Translations under genes and position numbers: made by a program
In this document: in pieces, positions 26,398 through 39,058 of the stretch
How positions within the stretch are numbered: the stretch's first letter is position 1
Layout: the number at the start of each line of letters is the position of its first letter
Origin: Deltaproteobacteria bacterium
GTDB taxonomy: Bacteria > Myxococcota_A > UBA9160 > SMWR01
NCBI GenBank assembly: GCA_032128115.1
Contig: JAQBHB010000018.1
Span: forward strand, 16,681-80,680
Reading direction: 5' to 3'
Length of the DNA stretch: 64,000 bases
The notes under the pieces: model-generated
The model's database searches: none
Told to the model about the DNA's origin: nothing
Seen by the model: the letters and a program-made list of their open reading frames with translations, nothing else

Positions 26398-28239
26398 ATG
26401 CCCCAAAAGCCCGTCGAAACCCTCGATCGCGTCGCGATCCGATTCACGGGTGACTCCGGGGACGGCATGCAGCTCACCGGGACCAAGTTCACCGAATCGA
26501 CCGCATTGGCGGGGAACGACCTCTCGACGCTGCCAGACTATCCCGCCGAGATCCGGGCCCCGGCGGGAACCCTGGCCGGCGTCTCGGGCTTCCAGGTCCA
26601 CTTCGCTTCCGTGGACATCCGCACGCCCGCCGACCACCCGGACGTTCTGGTGGCCTTCAACCCGGCGGCCCTGCGCGCCAACATCGACGACGTGCTGCCC
26701 GGCGGCATGATCATCATCAACAGCGACGCCTTCAGCCAGAAAGCCCTGAATCGGGCCGGGTACCCGGAGGACCCCCGTCCGGGGATTCGCGAGCGATTCG
26801 CCCTGGTGGAGATCCCGCTCACCAGCCTGAATCGCACGGCGCTCAAGGACCTGAATCTGAGCCAGCGCGACGCGGACCGCTGCAAGAATTTCTTCGCTCT
26901 TGGGGTCATGTACTGGTTGTACGCCCGCCCCATGGAGCCCACCCTGGCCTGGCTCGAGAGCCGCTTCCAGGGAGACGTGCTCGAGGCGAACCAGCGCGTG
27001 CTCAAGGCCGGCCACGCTTTCGGCGAGACCACCGAGCTGCTGCCCGTGTCGTACGTGGTTCCCCGGGCGAAGATCCAGCCCGGCCACTATCGCAACATCA
27101 CCGGGAACCAGGCGCTGGCCTGGGGCATCGTGGCTGCCGGCCAGCAGATGGAACTCCCGGTGTTCCTGGGCGCCTATCCCATCACTCCCGCCAGCGACGT
27201 GCTGCACGAGGTGGCGCGCTACCGCCACTTCGGAGTCAAGACCTTCCAGGCCGAGGATGAGATCGCCGCCATGAGCGCCGCCATCGGGGCGTCGTTCGCC
27301 GGCTCACTCGGCGCCTGCACCACCAGCGGTCCCGGCTTCATCCTCAAGCAGGAGGCCCTGGGCCTGGCGGTGATGGCCGAGCTCCCGGTGGTGGTCTTCG
27401 ACATCCAGCGCGCCGGACCCTCCACCGGGATGCCCACCAAGAACGAGCAGGGAGACCTGCTGGCGGCCCTGTACGGGCGCAACTCCGAGAGCCCGCTGGT
27501 GGTACTGGCGCCGGCGACCCCGGGGGACTGCTTCTACGTCGCCCTCGAAGCCTTCCGTCTGGCGGTCCGCTACATGACGCCGGTGGTGGTGCTGTCCGAC
27601 AGCTACCTGGCCAACAGCTCCGAGCCCTGGCAGATCCCAGACGTTTCGTCCCTGGCGCGGCATCCGGTGAAAACGGCCACGGACCCCGAGGGGTTCCAAC
27701 CCTACGCGCGCGACCCGGAAACCCTGGCCCGGCCCTGGGCCGTGCCCGGAACGCCCGGGCTCGAACACCGGATCGGCGGCCTGGGCACCGAAAACGTCAC
27801 GGGCAACGTCTCCTACGACCCGCGCAACAATCAGCTCATGATCGAGCTCCGGGCCGAGAAGGTGGCTCGCATCGCCGCGGAGATCCCGCCGGTCGAAGTC
27901 GATGGACCCGAACGCGGCGAACTGATCGTGGTGGGCTGGGGAGGCACCTACGGGGCCATCCGGTCGGCGGTGGAGGAGGCGCGGGTCGACGGCATGGCGG
28001 TCTCGGCGATCCACTTGCGTCACCTGAACCCCTTTCCGGCAAACCTGGGCGAGGTGCTGAGTCGATTCGACCAGGTGCTCGTTCCCGAACTCAACAGCGG
28101 CCACCTCAACCTCCTGCTGCGCGCCAGGTTCCTGGTGCCCGCCAGGTCCCTGAGCAAGATGCAGGGGCAGCCCTTCAAGGTGGAGGAGATCCGGGAAGCC
28201 ATCGAACACGCACTGCACGGAGAAGGAGACGAATCGTGA
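26398..28239 (+). CDS. korA: 2-oxoacid (2-oxoglutarate):ferredoxin oxidoreductase, alpha subunit (fused gamma-alpha type)
   Basis: RFTGDSGDGMQLTGTKF...LPDYPAEIRAP (gamma-like N-terminus), then the PFOR alpha core (GAYPITPASDVLHE...EDEIAAMSAAIGASFAG). Start ATG 26398, 6 nt after GGAAGG. Confidence 0.85.
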   Translation: MPQKPVETLDRVAIRFTGDSGDGMQLTGTKFTESTALAGNDLSTLPDYPAEIRAPAGTLAGVSGFQVHFASVDIRTPADHPDVLVAFNPAALRANIDDVLPGGMIIINSDAFSQKALNRAGYPEDPRPGIRERFALVEIPLTSLNRTALKDLNLSQRDADRCKNFFALGVMYWLYARPMEPTLAWLESRFQGDVLEANQRVLKAGHAFGETTELLPVSYVVPRAKIQPGHYRNITGNQALAWGIVAAGQQMELPVFLGAYPITPASDVLHEVARYRHFGVKTFQAEDEIAAMSAAIGASFAGSLGACTTSGPGFILKQEALGLAVMAELPVVVFDIQRAGPSTGMPTKNEQGDLLAALYGRNSESPLVVLAPATPGDCFYVALEAFRLAVRYMTPVVVLSDSYLANSSEPWQIPDVSSLARHPVKTATDPEGFQPYARDPETLARPWAVPGTPGLEHRIGGLGTENVTGNVSYDPRNNQLMIELRAEKVARIAAEIPPVEVDGPERGELIVVGWGGTYGAIRSAVEEARVDGMAVSAIHLRHLNPFPANLGEVLSRFDQVLVPELNSGHLNLLLRARFLVPARSLSKMQGQPFKVEEIREAIEHALHGEGDES

Positions 28240-29264
28240 CCGCCCCTGCCACGCCGCTTACCGCGCGCGACTTCACGTCCGACCAGGAGGTGCGCTGGTG
28301 CCCGGGGTGCGGCGACTACGCCGTGCTGGCCAACATCCAGCGACTCATGCCCGAGCTGGGGGTCGCGCGAGAGAACGTGGTGTTCGTGTCGGGCATCGGC
28401 TGCTCCAGCCGCTTTCCCTACTACATGAACACCTACGGATTCCACACCATCCACGGCCGGGCGCCGGCCTTCGCCACCGGCATCAAGGCCAGTCGCCCCG
28501 ACCTGTCGGTGTGGGTGGTGACGGGCGACGGCGACGGACTCTCCATCGGCGGCAACCACCTGCTGCACACCATCCGCCGCAACCTGGACCTGCAGATCCT
28601 GCTGTTCAACAACCGGGTCTACGGCCTGACCAAGGGACAGTTCTCGCCCACGTCGCGAACGGGGATGCGCACGAAGTCGACGCCCGACGGGGGCATCGAA
28701 AGCCCGGTGGATCCCATCGCCTTCGCCCTGGGCTCCGGCGCCACCTTCGTCGCCCGCAGCGTGGACGTAGACGCTCCGCACCTGCAGGAAGTCCTGCGAC
28801 GCGCACACGCACACAAGGGGACCGCCTTCGTCGAGATCCTCCAGAACTGCCCGGTCTACAACGACGACGAGTGGATCGAGGTCGAGGATCGCAAGCAGCG
28901 GGTGGACGCGTCCCTGGTGCTGCGAGACGGCGAGCCCCTGGTGTATGGAGCCAAGGGGCGCCAGCGCGGCATCCACATCGTCGACGGCGTTCCGTCCGTG
29001 GTGAAGCTCAAGGACGACGACGATCCGGTGGCCAAGGGCGTGGCGGTGCACCACGAGCGCCACGAGACGCCGGCCTACGCCTTCGCCCTGGCCAGCCTGA
29101 AGCGCCCTCACTTCCCGATCCCGGTGGGCGTCTACCGCGCGGTGGAGAACCCAACGTACGAGAGTCTGCTGGAAGCCCAGGTGACCAACGCCATCGCCAA
29201 ACGCGGCGCTGGGAACCTGGCCGACCTGCTCGGCTCCGGCGACACCTGGACCATCGAGCAGTAG
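28236..29264 (+). CDS. korB: 2-oxoacid:ferredoxin oxidoreductase, beta (TPP-binding) subunit
   Basis: WCPGCGDYAVL, SGIGCSSRFPYYM, VTGDGDGLSIGGNH (TPP motif). 4-nt overlap with korA. Confidence 0.88.
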   Translation: MTAPATPLTARDFTSDQEVRWCPGCGDYAVLANIQRLMPELGVARENVVFVSGIGCSSRFPYYMNTYGFHTIHGRAPAFATGIKASRPDLSVWVVTGDGDGLSIGGNHLLHTIRRNLDLQILLFNNRVYGLTKGQFSPTSRTGMRTKSTPDGGIESPVDPIAFALGSGATFVARSVDVDAPHLQEVLRRAHAHKGTAFVEILQNCPVYNDDEWIEVEDRKQRVDASLVLRDGEPLVYGAKGRQRGIHIVDGVPSVVKLKDDDDPVAKGVAVHHERHETPAYAFALASLKRPHFPIPVGVYRAVENPTYESLLEAQVTNAIAKRGAGNLADLLGSGDTWTIEQ

Positions 29265-29272
29265 CGATCCCT

Positions 29273-30151
29273 CTACTTCAGAAGCCCGGGCATGCGCATG
29301 GCGAGGGTTTCGCCCATTTCGGCCGGGGAGCGGCATACCGAGACGCCGGCTGCCTCCAGTGCCTCGATCTTGTCGGCGGCACGGCCCTTGCCGCCGGCGA
29401 TGATGGCGCCGGCGTGGCCCATGCGCTTGCCCGGCGGGGCGTTCTGCCCGGCGATGAAGGACACCACGGGCTTCTTCATATGGGCCTTGATGAACTCGGC
29501 AGCCGTCTCCTCCGCCGATCCCCCGATCTCGCCGATCATCACCACGGCTTCGGTCTGGGAATCCGCCTCGAACAGCTCGAGCGCGTCCACGAACGAGGTG
29601 CCGATTACCGGATCACCGCCAATGCCGAGACACGTGGACTGACCGATGCCCAGGCGCGAGAGCTGGTCCACCGCCTCGTAGGTGAGCGTTCCCGAACGCG
29701 ACACGACCCCCACCGGTCCCGGTCGGGTGATCTGGGCAGGCATGATTCCGATCCGGCACTGTCCCGGCGTCACCACACCGGGACAGTTCGGACCCACCAG
29801 ACGCGTGTGGCTACCCCGCATGGCGTTCTTGGCCCGCAGCATGTCGAGCACCGGGATGCCCTCGGTGATGCACACGACCAGGTCCAACTCGGCGTCGGCC
29901 GCCTCCAGGATCGCGTCGGCGGCGCCCGGCGGCGGCACGAAGATCACCGAGGCATTGGCCCCCGTTTCCCCCACCGCTTCGCGCACCGAGTTGAAGATCG
30001 GAATCCCCTCCAGGATCTGGCCACCCTTGCCCGGCGCCACGCCTCCCACCACGCGAGTGCCGTACTCCAGTGACAGCTTGGCGTGGAACTGGCCCATGCG
30101 GCCCATGCCCTGGATCAGCAGTCGTGTCTCCCGGTCGCACAGGATGGCCAT
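29273..30151 (-). CDS. sucD: Succinyl-CoA synthetase alpha subunit
   Basis: [12 protein letters not shown]...SRSGTLTYE...GIGGDP...MGHAGAII (the catalytic-His region). Confidence 0.93.
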   Translation of the reverse strand: MAILCDRETRLLIQGMGRMGQFHAKLSLEYGTRVVGGVAPGKGGQILEGIPIFNSVREAVGETGANASVIFVPPPGAADAILEAADAELDLVVCITEGIPVLDMLRAKNAMRGSHTRLVGPNCPGVVTPGQCRIGIMPAQITRPGPVGVVSRSGTLTYEAVDQLSRLGIGQSTCLGIGGDPVIGTSFVDALELFEADSQTEAVVMIGEIGGSAEETAAEFIKAHMKKPVVSFIAGQNAPPGKRMGHAGAIIAGGKGRAADKIEALEAAGVSVCRSPAEMGETLAMRMPGLLK

Positions 30152-30153
30152 GG

Positions 30154-33518
<3,365 letters not shown>

Positions 33519-33599
33519 GGAGGCTGCGATATACGGGATTCGCGGCAGGTGCGCCAGAGGAGGGTGCCGCTGCGCGGCCCCGGGCGGTCGGATTCGGGT

Positions 33600-33878
33600 T
33601 CACCGGGGTCCAGAAGGGCGGGGTTCGGCGCCCACCGGGGCCGGCGCATCCGGTGAGAGGTCGGGAATCGAGAGCCTCTGCCCGGGATACAGCCGCGACG
33701 GGTCCACGATCTGGTCGCGATTGGCCCGGTACAGCAAGGGCCACAGGTTGGGATCGCCGGTGACGACTGCCGCGATCTGCCACAGGGACTCGCCGGGCTG
33801 CACCACGTGTACCCGGTCTGCGGCCGCCGGGGACACCATCCACACGATTGCGAGCACGAGACCCGTCGCGACCCTCAC
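33600..33878 (-). CDS. Small secreted LysM-domain protein
   Basis: In-frame GTG at 33876-33878 overlaps the aspS stop (GTGA). Signal-like VRVATGLVLAIVWMVSPAAA, then LysM HVVQPGESLWQIAAVVTGDPNLWPLLYRANRDQIVDPSRLYPGQRLSIP. The ORF-track 362-aa extension is antisense to aspS. Confidence 0.6.
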   Translation of the reverse strand: MRVATGLVLAIVWMVSPAAADRVHVVQPGESLWQIAAVVTGDPNLWPLLYRANRDQIVDPSRLYPGQRLSIPDLSPDAPAPVGAEPRPSGPR

Positions 33879-35710
33879 CCCTGCTCCCGCTCCGGCGTCC
33901 GCAGCGTCCGCAGAGACAACTCCCGCAGGGCGTCGTCGGGAACCGGGGTGGGCGCGTCCATGAGCAGGTCCTGGCCGCGCTGGGTCTTGGGAAACGCGAT
34001 CACGTCGCGCAGGCTGGGCGCAGCGGCCAACACCATGACCCAGCGGTCGTAGCCGAAAGCAAAGCCACCGTGGGGAGGCGCGCCCGCGTCCAGGGCGTTG
34101 AGCAGGAAACCGAAGTTCCGCTCCGCTTCTTGCTTGGGATATCCGAGCACTTCGAAGATCCGGCGCTGCACGTCGCTCCGATGGTTGCGGAGACTCCCCG
34201 AGCCCAGCTCGACTCCGTTCAGCACCACGTCGTAGTGGGTGCCGCGCACACGCTCGGGCGCAGTCTCCAGCAGCGGCAGGTCCTCGTCGAGCGGGGCCAC
34301 GAACGGTTGGTGCGCATAGGTGAGGCCGCCGCGTTCGTCGCGCTCGAAGAGCGGAAAGTCCACCACGAACAACACGTCCCAGGGACGCGGGTCGACGCGG
34401 CCCAGGCGCTGGCCCAGATCGGTGCGCAGGCGCGCCAGGATGGCATTGGCGCGAGCCGCATCGTCCGCCTGGAACAACAGCAGGCTGCCCGGACGCGCGC
34501 CGGTGAGTTCGCTGATGGACTCGCGCTCGGCGTCGGACAGGAACTTCGCGATGGGGCTCTGCCAGGCGCCGTCGTCGCCGACCCGGATCCAGGCAAGGCC
34601 CTTGGCCCCGAGCTCCTTCTTGGCAAACTTCTCCAGGCGATCCACCTCCCCCCGCGAAAGCTCGCCCGCGTCGTGCACGGGCAGGCACTTCACGATCCCG
34701 CCGCGGTCCACGTTCTCGCGGAAGGCCCGGAGACCGCTCTCGCGGAACACCGGGGTCAGATCCACCAGCGCCAGCTGGATACGCGTGTCGGGGCGGTCGC
34801 TCCCATAGCGCGCCATGGCGTCAGCGTGGGAAATGCGCGCAAAGGGACGCGACAGCTCAACCCCCGTTGCCTCGGCACACCCGGCAACGGTGATCTCCTC
34901 CAGGACGTCGAGCACGTCATCGACCTCTACGAAGGACATCTCCAGGTCGATCTGGGTGAACTCGAGCTGGCGGTCGGCGCGCTGGTCTTCGTCGCGGAAG
35001 CAGCGGACGATCTGGAAGTAGCGGTCGAAGCCGGCGATCATCAGCAGCTGCTTCATGATCTGGGGCGACTGGGGCAGCGCGTAGAACGAGCCGGGCTGCA
35101 GCCTGCTGGGCACGAGAAAGTCGCGCGCCCCCTCGGGCGTGGACTTCGTGAGCATGGGCGTCTCGATCTCCAGGAACCCGCGCTCGGAAAGCAGCCGCCG
35201 CACCGACTGGTACAGGCGATGGCGCAGGCGCAGGGCCCGCTGCAGGGGCGGACGCCGCAGATCCTGGATGCGATAGCGCAGACGTGTGCCCTCGTCGGCG
35301 TCGGTCTCTTCTTCGATGGCAAAGGGCGGCGGCGACGCGCGATTGAGCAGCCGCAGGTCGCGCACCGCCACTTCGACCTCGCCCGTGGGCAGGTTTGGAT
35401 TCACGGTTTCCGGAGAGCGACGCTGAACGGTGCCCTCGACGCCGATCACGTACTCCGAGCGAAGCTCCGCGGCCCGGCGGTGGGCCTGCTCGCTCACGTC
35501 CGGGCGGAACACCACCTGCACCAGGTGCTCGCGGTCGCGCAGGTCCACGAAGATCACGCCACCGTGGTCGCGCCGGCGGTGCACCCAACCCGCGAGCGTG
35601 ACCGTCTCGCCCACCCGCTCGCTCGTCACCTCGCCGGCCGCGTGGCTTCGGCGCAGGCCAGTCATCGCATCGAGATCGGATTCGCCGCGCGCCACCGACT
35701 GCCTCGTCAC
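33875..35710 (-). CDS. aspS: Aspartyl-tRNA synthetase
   Basis: GWVHRRRDHGGVIFVDLRD (OB domain), FYALPQSPQIMKQLLMIAGFDRYFQIVRCFRDEDQRADRQLEFTQIDLEMSF (motif 2) and GGFAFGYDRWVMVL (motif 3). Start is GTG 35710 or ATG 35665. Confidence 0.92.
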   Translation of the reverse strand: MTRQSVARGESDLDAMTGLRRSHAAGEVTSERVGETVTLAGWVHRRRDHGGVIFVDLRDREHLVQVVFRPDVSEQAHRRAAELRSEYVIGVEGTVQRRSPETVNPNLPTGEVEVAVRDLRLLNRASPPPFAIEEETDADEGTRLRYRIQDLRRPPLQRALRLRHRLYQSVRRLLSERGFLEIETPMLTKSTPEGARDFLVPSRLQPGSFYALPQSPQIMKQLLMIAGFDRYFQIVRCFRDEDQRADRQLEFTQIDLEMSFVEVDDVLDVLEEITVAGCAEATGVELSRPFARISHADAMARYGSDRPDTRIQLALVDLTPVFRESGLRAFRENVDRGGIVKCLPVHDAGELSRGEVDRLEKFAKKELGAKGLAWIRVGDDGAWQSPIAKFLSDAERESISELTGARPGSLLLFQADDAARANAILARLRTDLGQRLGRVDPRPWDVLFVVDFPLFERDERGGLTYAHQPFVAPLDEDLPLLETAPERVRGTHYDVVLNGVELGSGSLRNHRSDVQRRIFEVLGYPKQEAERNFGFLLNALDAGAPPHGGFAFGYDRWVMVLAAAPSLRDVIAFPKTQRGQDLLMDAPTPVPDDALRELSLRTLRTPEREQG

Positions 35711-35720
35711 CCAGATCGTC

Positions 35721-35774
35721 CGGTCCGTCCGGTCCGTCCGGTTCGTCTGGTTCGTCTGGTTCGTCTGGTTCGTC
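35721..35774. repeat. 9-bp tandem repeat array (6 copies, two sequence variants) immediately upstream of aspS
   Basis: CGGTCCGTC x2, CGGTTCGTC x1 and TGGTTCGTC x3, with degenerate partial units on both flanks. Begins 11 nt from the annotated aspS GTG. Confidence 0.9.
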
Positions 35775-35860
35775 TGTTTCTGGAAAAACAGAATGAAATC
35801 AGCAGGTTGGTTAGCGCAGACGAATAGCCACCGCCAGCCGAGCCTGGCCGGTGGGGGCTC

Positions 35861-37252
35861 TCAAGCCAGATCCGAGGCCGAGCAGACGCAGTTGCGGCCC
35901 AACGACTTGGCGCGATACATGGCCTTGTCGGCCAGATCCAGCAGCCCGTCGCGATCCAGACGATGGAGCGGGTACGCGGCGATTCCGATGCTGATGGTCA
36001 GACGGATGGGGGCGCCCCGGCTCCCCTCGAAGACACTGTCCGCCACCGAGCGCCGGATCCGCTCGGCAACCTCCCCGCCGGCACGCAGATTCGTGTCCTC
36101 CAACAAGATCGTGAATTCATCGCCCCCGTAGCGCGCCAGGGTGTCCACCTGGCGGATGCACTGGAGCAGCAACACGGACAGGCGCCGCAGGGTCTGAGAA
36201 CCCACCAGGTGCCCATGGCGGTCATTCACCAGCTTGAAGTGGTCCAGATCCAGGAACAGGACACACAGATCCTTGCCGTAGCGCTCGGCCCTCTGGATCT
36301 CGCGCTCGGTGGCCTCGAGCAGGTAGCGCGCGTTGTAGACTCCGGTGACATCGTCGATGAAGGCGCGTTCCTTGGCGTCGCTGTAGCGCTCGGCGTTTCC
36401 CAGGGCGATCTCCGCGTGCTGGGCGATCACGCGGGCGCGTTCGATCTCGTCTTCCTGGAACGGCCGACCGTCCTCGAAGAGCCAGATCACGCCGGACTCG
36501 GCTTCGCTTCCCACCAGGGGGATGGCCAGGGCCGGCCCGGCGTCGATGCCCGCCTCCTTCAAGCGTTCGTGCAGGACGCCCGCCTCCACCACCGCCAGGG
36601 CGTCGGCATGGGGCTCGACGGGCTTTTCGCCCGCCAGCAGATCCCGGAACCCGTGAGACTGATTCTGCTCGAAGCCGCGGAACGCCACCCCATCCGAGTT
36701 GGGGAGCTGCGGGCGCCGGAACAGCGCGAGCCCCCGGACGCGGGGCAGCGCCGCCAACAGCAGGTCGAGCGCCACGCCGTACACCTCGTCGGCGTCCAGG
36801 CAGCGAAGCAGGGTCTCGCAGGATTCGAGCGTTCGAAGCGACGCCCGCAGCCGCGCATTCTCTCGGAGCAGGCGGCGCCCCGTGACCAGCCGCTCGACGC
36901 AGCGGGACAGCTCGGTCTGCTGCACCGGCTTGACCAGGTAGTCCACAGCACCCAGGCGCAGCGCGCCCACTGCACTCTCTACCGACGCGTGGGCCGTGAG
37001 CAGCACGAAGTCGGTGCCCGGGTGACTGCGTCGAACCCGTTCGAGGAGCTCGATCCCAGTCATTCCGGGCATCTCCAGATCGGAAAGGACCAGGTCGGCG
37101 GACTCGCGGCGCAACGCAGCCAGTGCCGCTTCGCCGTTCTCGCAGCACTCCACGCGGAAGCTCGGCGCAAGGCCATCGCGCACGAACTCGCGGGTGAGCC
37201 GATCGTCGTCGACCACCAACACCCGCGCACGTTCTTGGGGCCCCACCATCAT
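35861..37252 (-). CDS. Response regulator with GGDEF diguanylate cyclase output (REC-linker/GAF-like-GGDEF)
   Basis: REC: RVLVVDDDRLTRE...DLVLSDLEMPGMTGIELL...LVKP. GGDEF: DDVTGVYNARY...FLDLDHFKLVNDRHGH...RQVDTLARYGGDEFTILL, i.e. RxxD I-site plus GGDEF. Start ATG 37252, 6 nt after GGGGA. Confidence 0.85.
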   Translation of the reverse strand: MMVGPQERARVLVVDDDRLTREFVRDGLAPSFRVECCENGEAALAALRRESADLVLSDLEMPGMTGIELLERVRRSHPGTDFVLLTAHASVESAVGALRLGAVDYLVKPVQQTELSRCVERLVTGRRLLRENARLRASLRTLESCETLLRCLDADEVYGVALDLLLAALPRVRGLALFRRPQLPNSDGVAFRGFEQNQSHGFRDLLAGEKPVEPHADALAVVEAGVLHERLKEAGIDAGPALAIPLVGSEAESGVIWLFEDGRPFQEDEIERARVIAQHAEIALGNAERYSDAKERAFIDDVTGVYNARYLLEATEREIQRAERYGKDLCVLFLDLDHFKLVNDRHGHLVGSQTLRRLSVLLLQCIRQVDTLARYGGDEFTILLEDTNLRAGGEVAERIRRSVADSVFEGSRGAPIRLTISIGIAAYPLHRLDRDGLLDLADKAMYRAKSLGRNCVCSASDLA

Positions 37253-37402
37253 CCGGATTCCCCGTTTCCCCACCCGTATCGGCGTATCGGCGCCCTGAGT
37301 TGCGTGCCTGAGAGGGTACCGAGGCAAGATGCCGGGATCGAGGGAGAATCGCCACGGCTGCGGCGGAGCCGAGCGAGGTCCGGGGGATTATCTTCGCGCC
37401 CC

Positions 37403-39031
37403 ATGCCCCCCCTCCAGGAAGAGCTCGATCGCTATCGCCGTGAGGTGGAGGGCTTTCGCTGGGACGCCCCGGATGCGTTCAACTTCGGCCGCGACGTGGT
37501 GGACGCTTTCGCGACCGATCCGGAGCGACCCGCCCTGCTGTGGCGCAACGCAGCGGGAGACGAGCGGCGCCTGACCTTCGAGAACGTGTCCCACGGCTCG
37601 AACCGGGCGGCGAACCTGTTGCGCTCCCTGGGCGTTGCGCCGGGTCAGCCAGTGATCGTGATGCTACCCCGCGTGCCCGAGTGGCAGATGGTCACGGTCG
37701 GCGCTCTCAAGGCCGGGGCCCTCGTGATTCCCTGCGCTTCGATCCTGCGCCCCAAGGACATCAGCTATCGCGCCGCGCACAGCGGCGCCGTGGCCGTGGT
37801 AACGACCCGCGCCCAGGCCGGCGCAGTGGACGCGGTGCGCGCAGACCTCCCGGGGCTTCGTCACTTCCTGGCGTTGGACGACGGGAGCGAGGCGCCCGCT
37901 GGCGACTGGCTCGACCTGACTACGGCGATGGCAGCGGCGCCAAACGACGACAGCGCCGGACACCCGACCCGCGCGTCGGATCCCGCGCTGGTCTACTACA
38001 CGTCCGGAACCACCGGCCCTCCCAAGGCGGTGTTGCACGACCACGCCTACACCTGGGCCCAGCGACACACCAGCCGCTTCTGGCACGCGCTTCGCGAGGG
38101 CGATCGACTCTGGACCACGAGCGACACGGGCTGGGCCAAGGCTGCATACGGTGTGATCTTCGGCCCGTGGAGTCTGGGCGCCGAGGTCTTCCTCTACGAG
38201 GGCCGCTTCGAGGCGCGCCGCGAGCTGGCGCTGTTGGCCGACGTGTCGCCCCAGGTCTTCTGCGCACCCCCCACGGAGTTCCGGATGCTGGTGAAGGAGA
38301 ACCTGGCGGACTTCCGGTTTCCGGCACTGCGCGAGTGCGTTTCCGCAGGCGAGCCGCTCAACCCGGAGGTGATCCGGGCATGGCGCGACGCCACCGGGAT
38401 TTCCATCCGCGATGGCTATGGCCAGACCGAGAGCATCCTGCTGATCGCCAACTTCCCGGGCATGGCGGTGCGTCCCGGCTCCATGGGACTGCCCATGCCG
38501 GGGCACGAGATCCAGGTGATCGACGCGTCCGGAGATCCCCTGCCGCCGGGCGGGGTGGGTGACATCGCCGTGCGGGGACGGCCTCCGGGACTTTTCGCGG
38601 GCTACTGGAAGGACGACCTGGCCAGTGCCGCATGTCGCCGCGGCGACTGGTATGTCAGCGGGGACCGGGCCTACCGCGACGAGGACGGCTACTTCTGGTT
38701 CGTGGCCCGCGCCGACGACGTGATCATCTCGGCGGGCTACCGGATCGGACCGTTCGAGGTGGAGAGCGCGCTCCTGGAGCACCCGGACGTCGTGGAGGCG
38801 GCCGCCGTGGCCGCGCCCGACCCGGACCGGGGTTCGATCGTGAAGGCCTACGTGGTGGTGCGCGAAGGGGTGGAGGCGGACGCGACCCTGGCCCGGCGCC
38901 TGCAGCAGCACGTGAAGGACACCACGGCACCCTACAAGTACCCCCGGGTCGTGGAGTTCGTGGACGAACTCCCCAAGACCGTGAGCGGGAAGATCCGACG
39001 GGTCGAGCTGCGGGAGCGGGCCGGACGCTGA
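37403..39031 (+). CDS. AMP-forming acyl-CoA synthetase (medium-chain/ACSM-like)
   Basis: Real start is ATG 37403, inside a 1022-aa artefactual ORF. YYTSGTTGPPKAV (AMP-binding motif), GYGQTE, YVSGDRAYRDEDGYFWFVARADDVIISAGYRIGPFEVE and PKTVSGKIRR. Confidence 0.85.
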   Translation: MPPLQEELDRYRREVEGFRWDAPDAFNFGRDVVDAFATDPERPALLWRNAAGDERRLTFENVSHGSNRAANLLRSLGVAPGQPVIVMLPRVPEWQMVTVGALKAGALVIPCASILRPKDISYRAAHSGAVAVVTTRAQAGAVDAVRADLPGLRHFLALDDGSEAPAGDWLDLTTAMAAAPNDDSAGHPTRASDPALVYYTSGTTGPPKAVLHDHAYTWAQRHTSRFWHALREGDRLWTTSDTGWAKAAYGVIFGPWSLGAEVFLYEGRFEARRELALLADVSPQVFCAPPTEFRMLVKENLADFRFPALRECVSAGEPLNPEVIRAWRDATGISIRDGYGQTESILLIANFPGMAVRPGSMGLPMPGHEIQVIDASGDPLPPGGVGDIAVRGRPPGLFAGYWKDDLASAACRRGDWYVSGDRAYRDEDGYFWFVARADDVIISAGYRIGPFEVESALLEHPDVVEAAAVAAPDPDRGSIVKAYVVVREGVEADATLARRLQQHVKDTTAPYKYPRVVEFVDELPKTVSGKIRRVELRERAGR

Positions 39032-39058
39032 CGCGCCCGCCCACCGCGATCACGCGCC

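Noticed and set aside
35721-35774. Short repeat arrays (this one and 18824-18885) considered as CRISPR.
   Set aside because: The units are 9-18 bp and directly abutting with no spacers. No cas genes are nearby.
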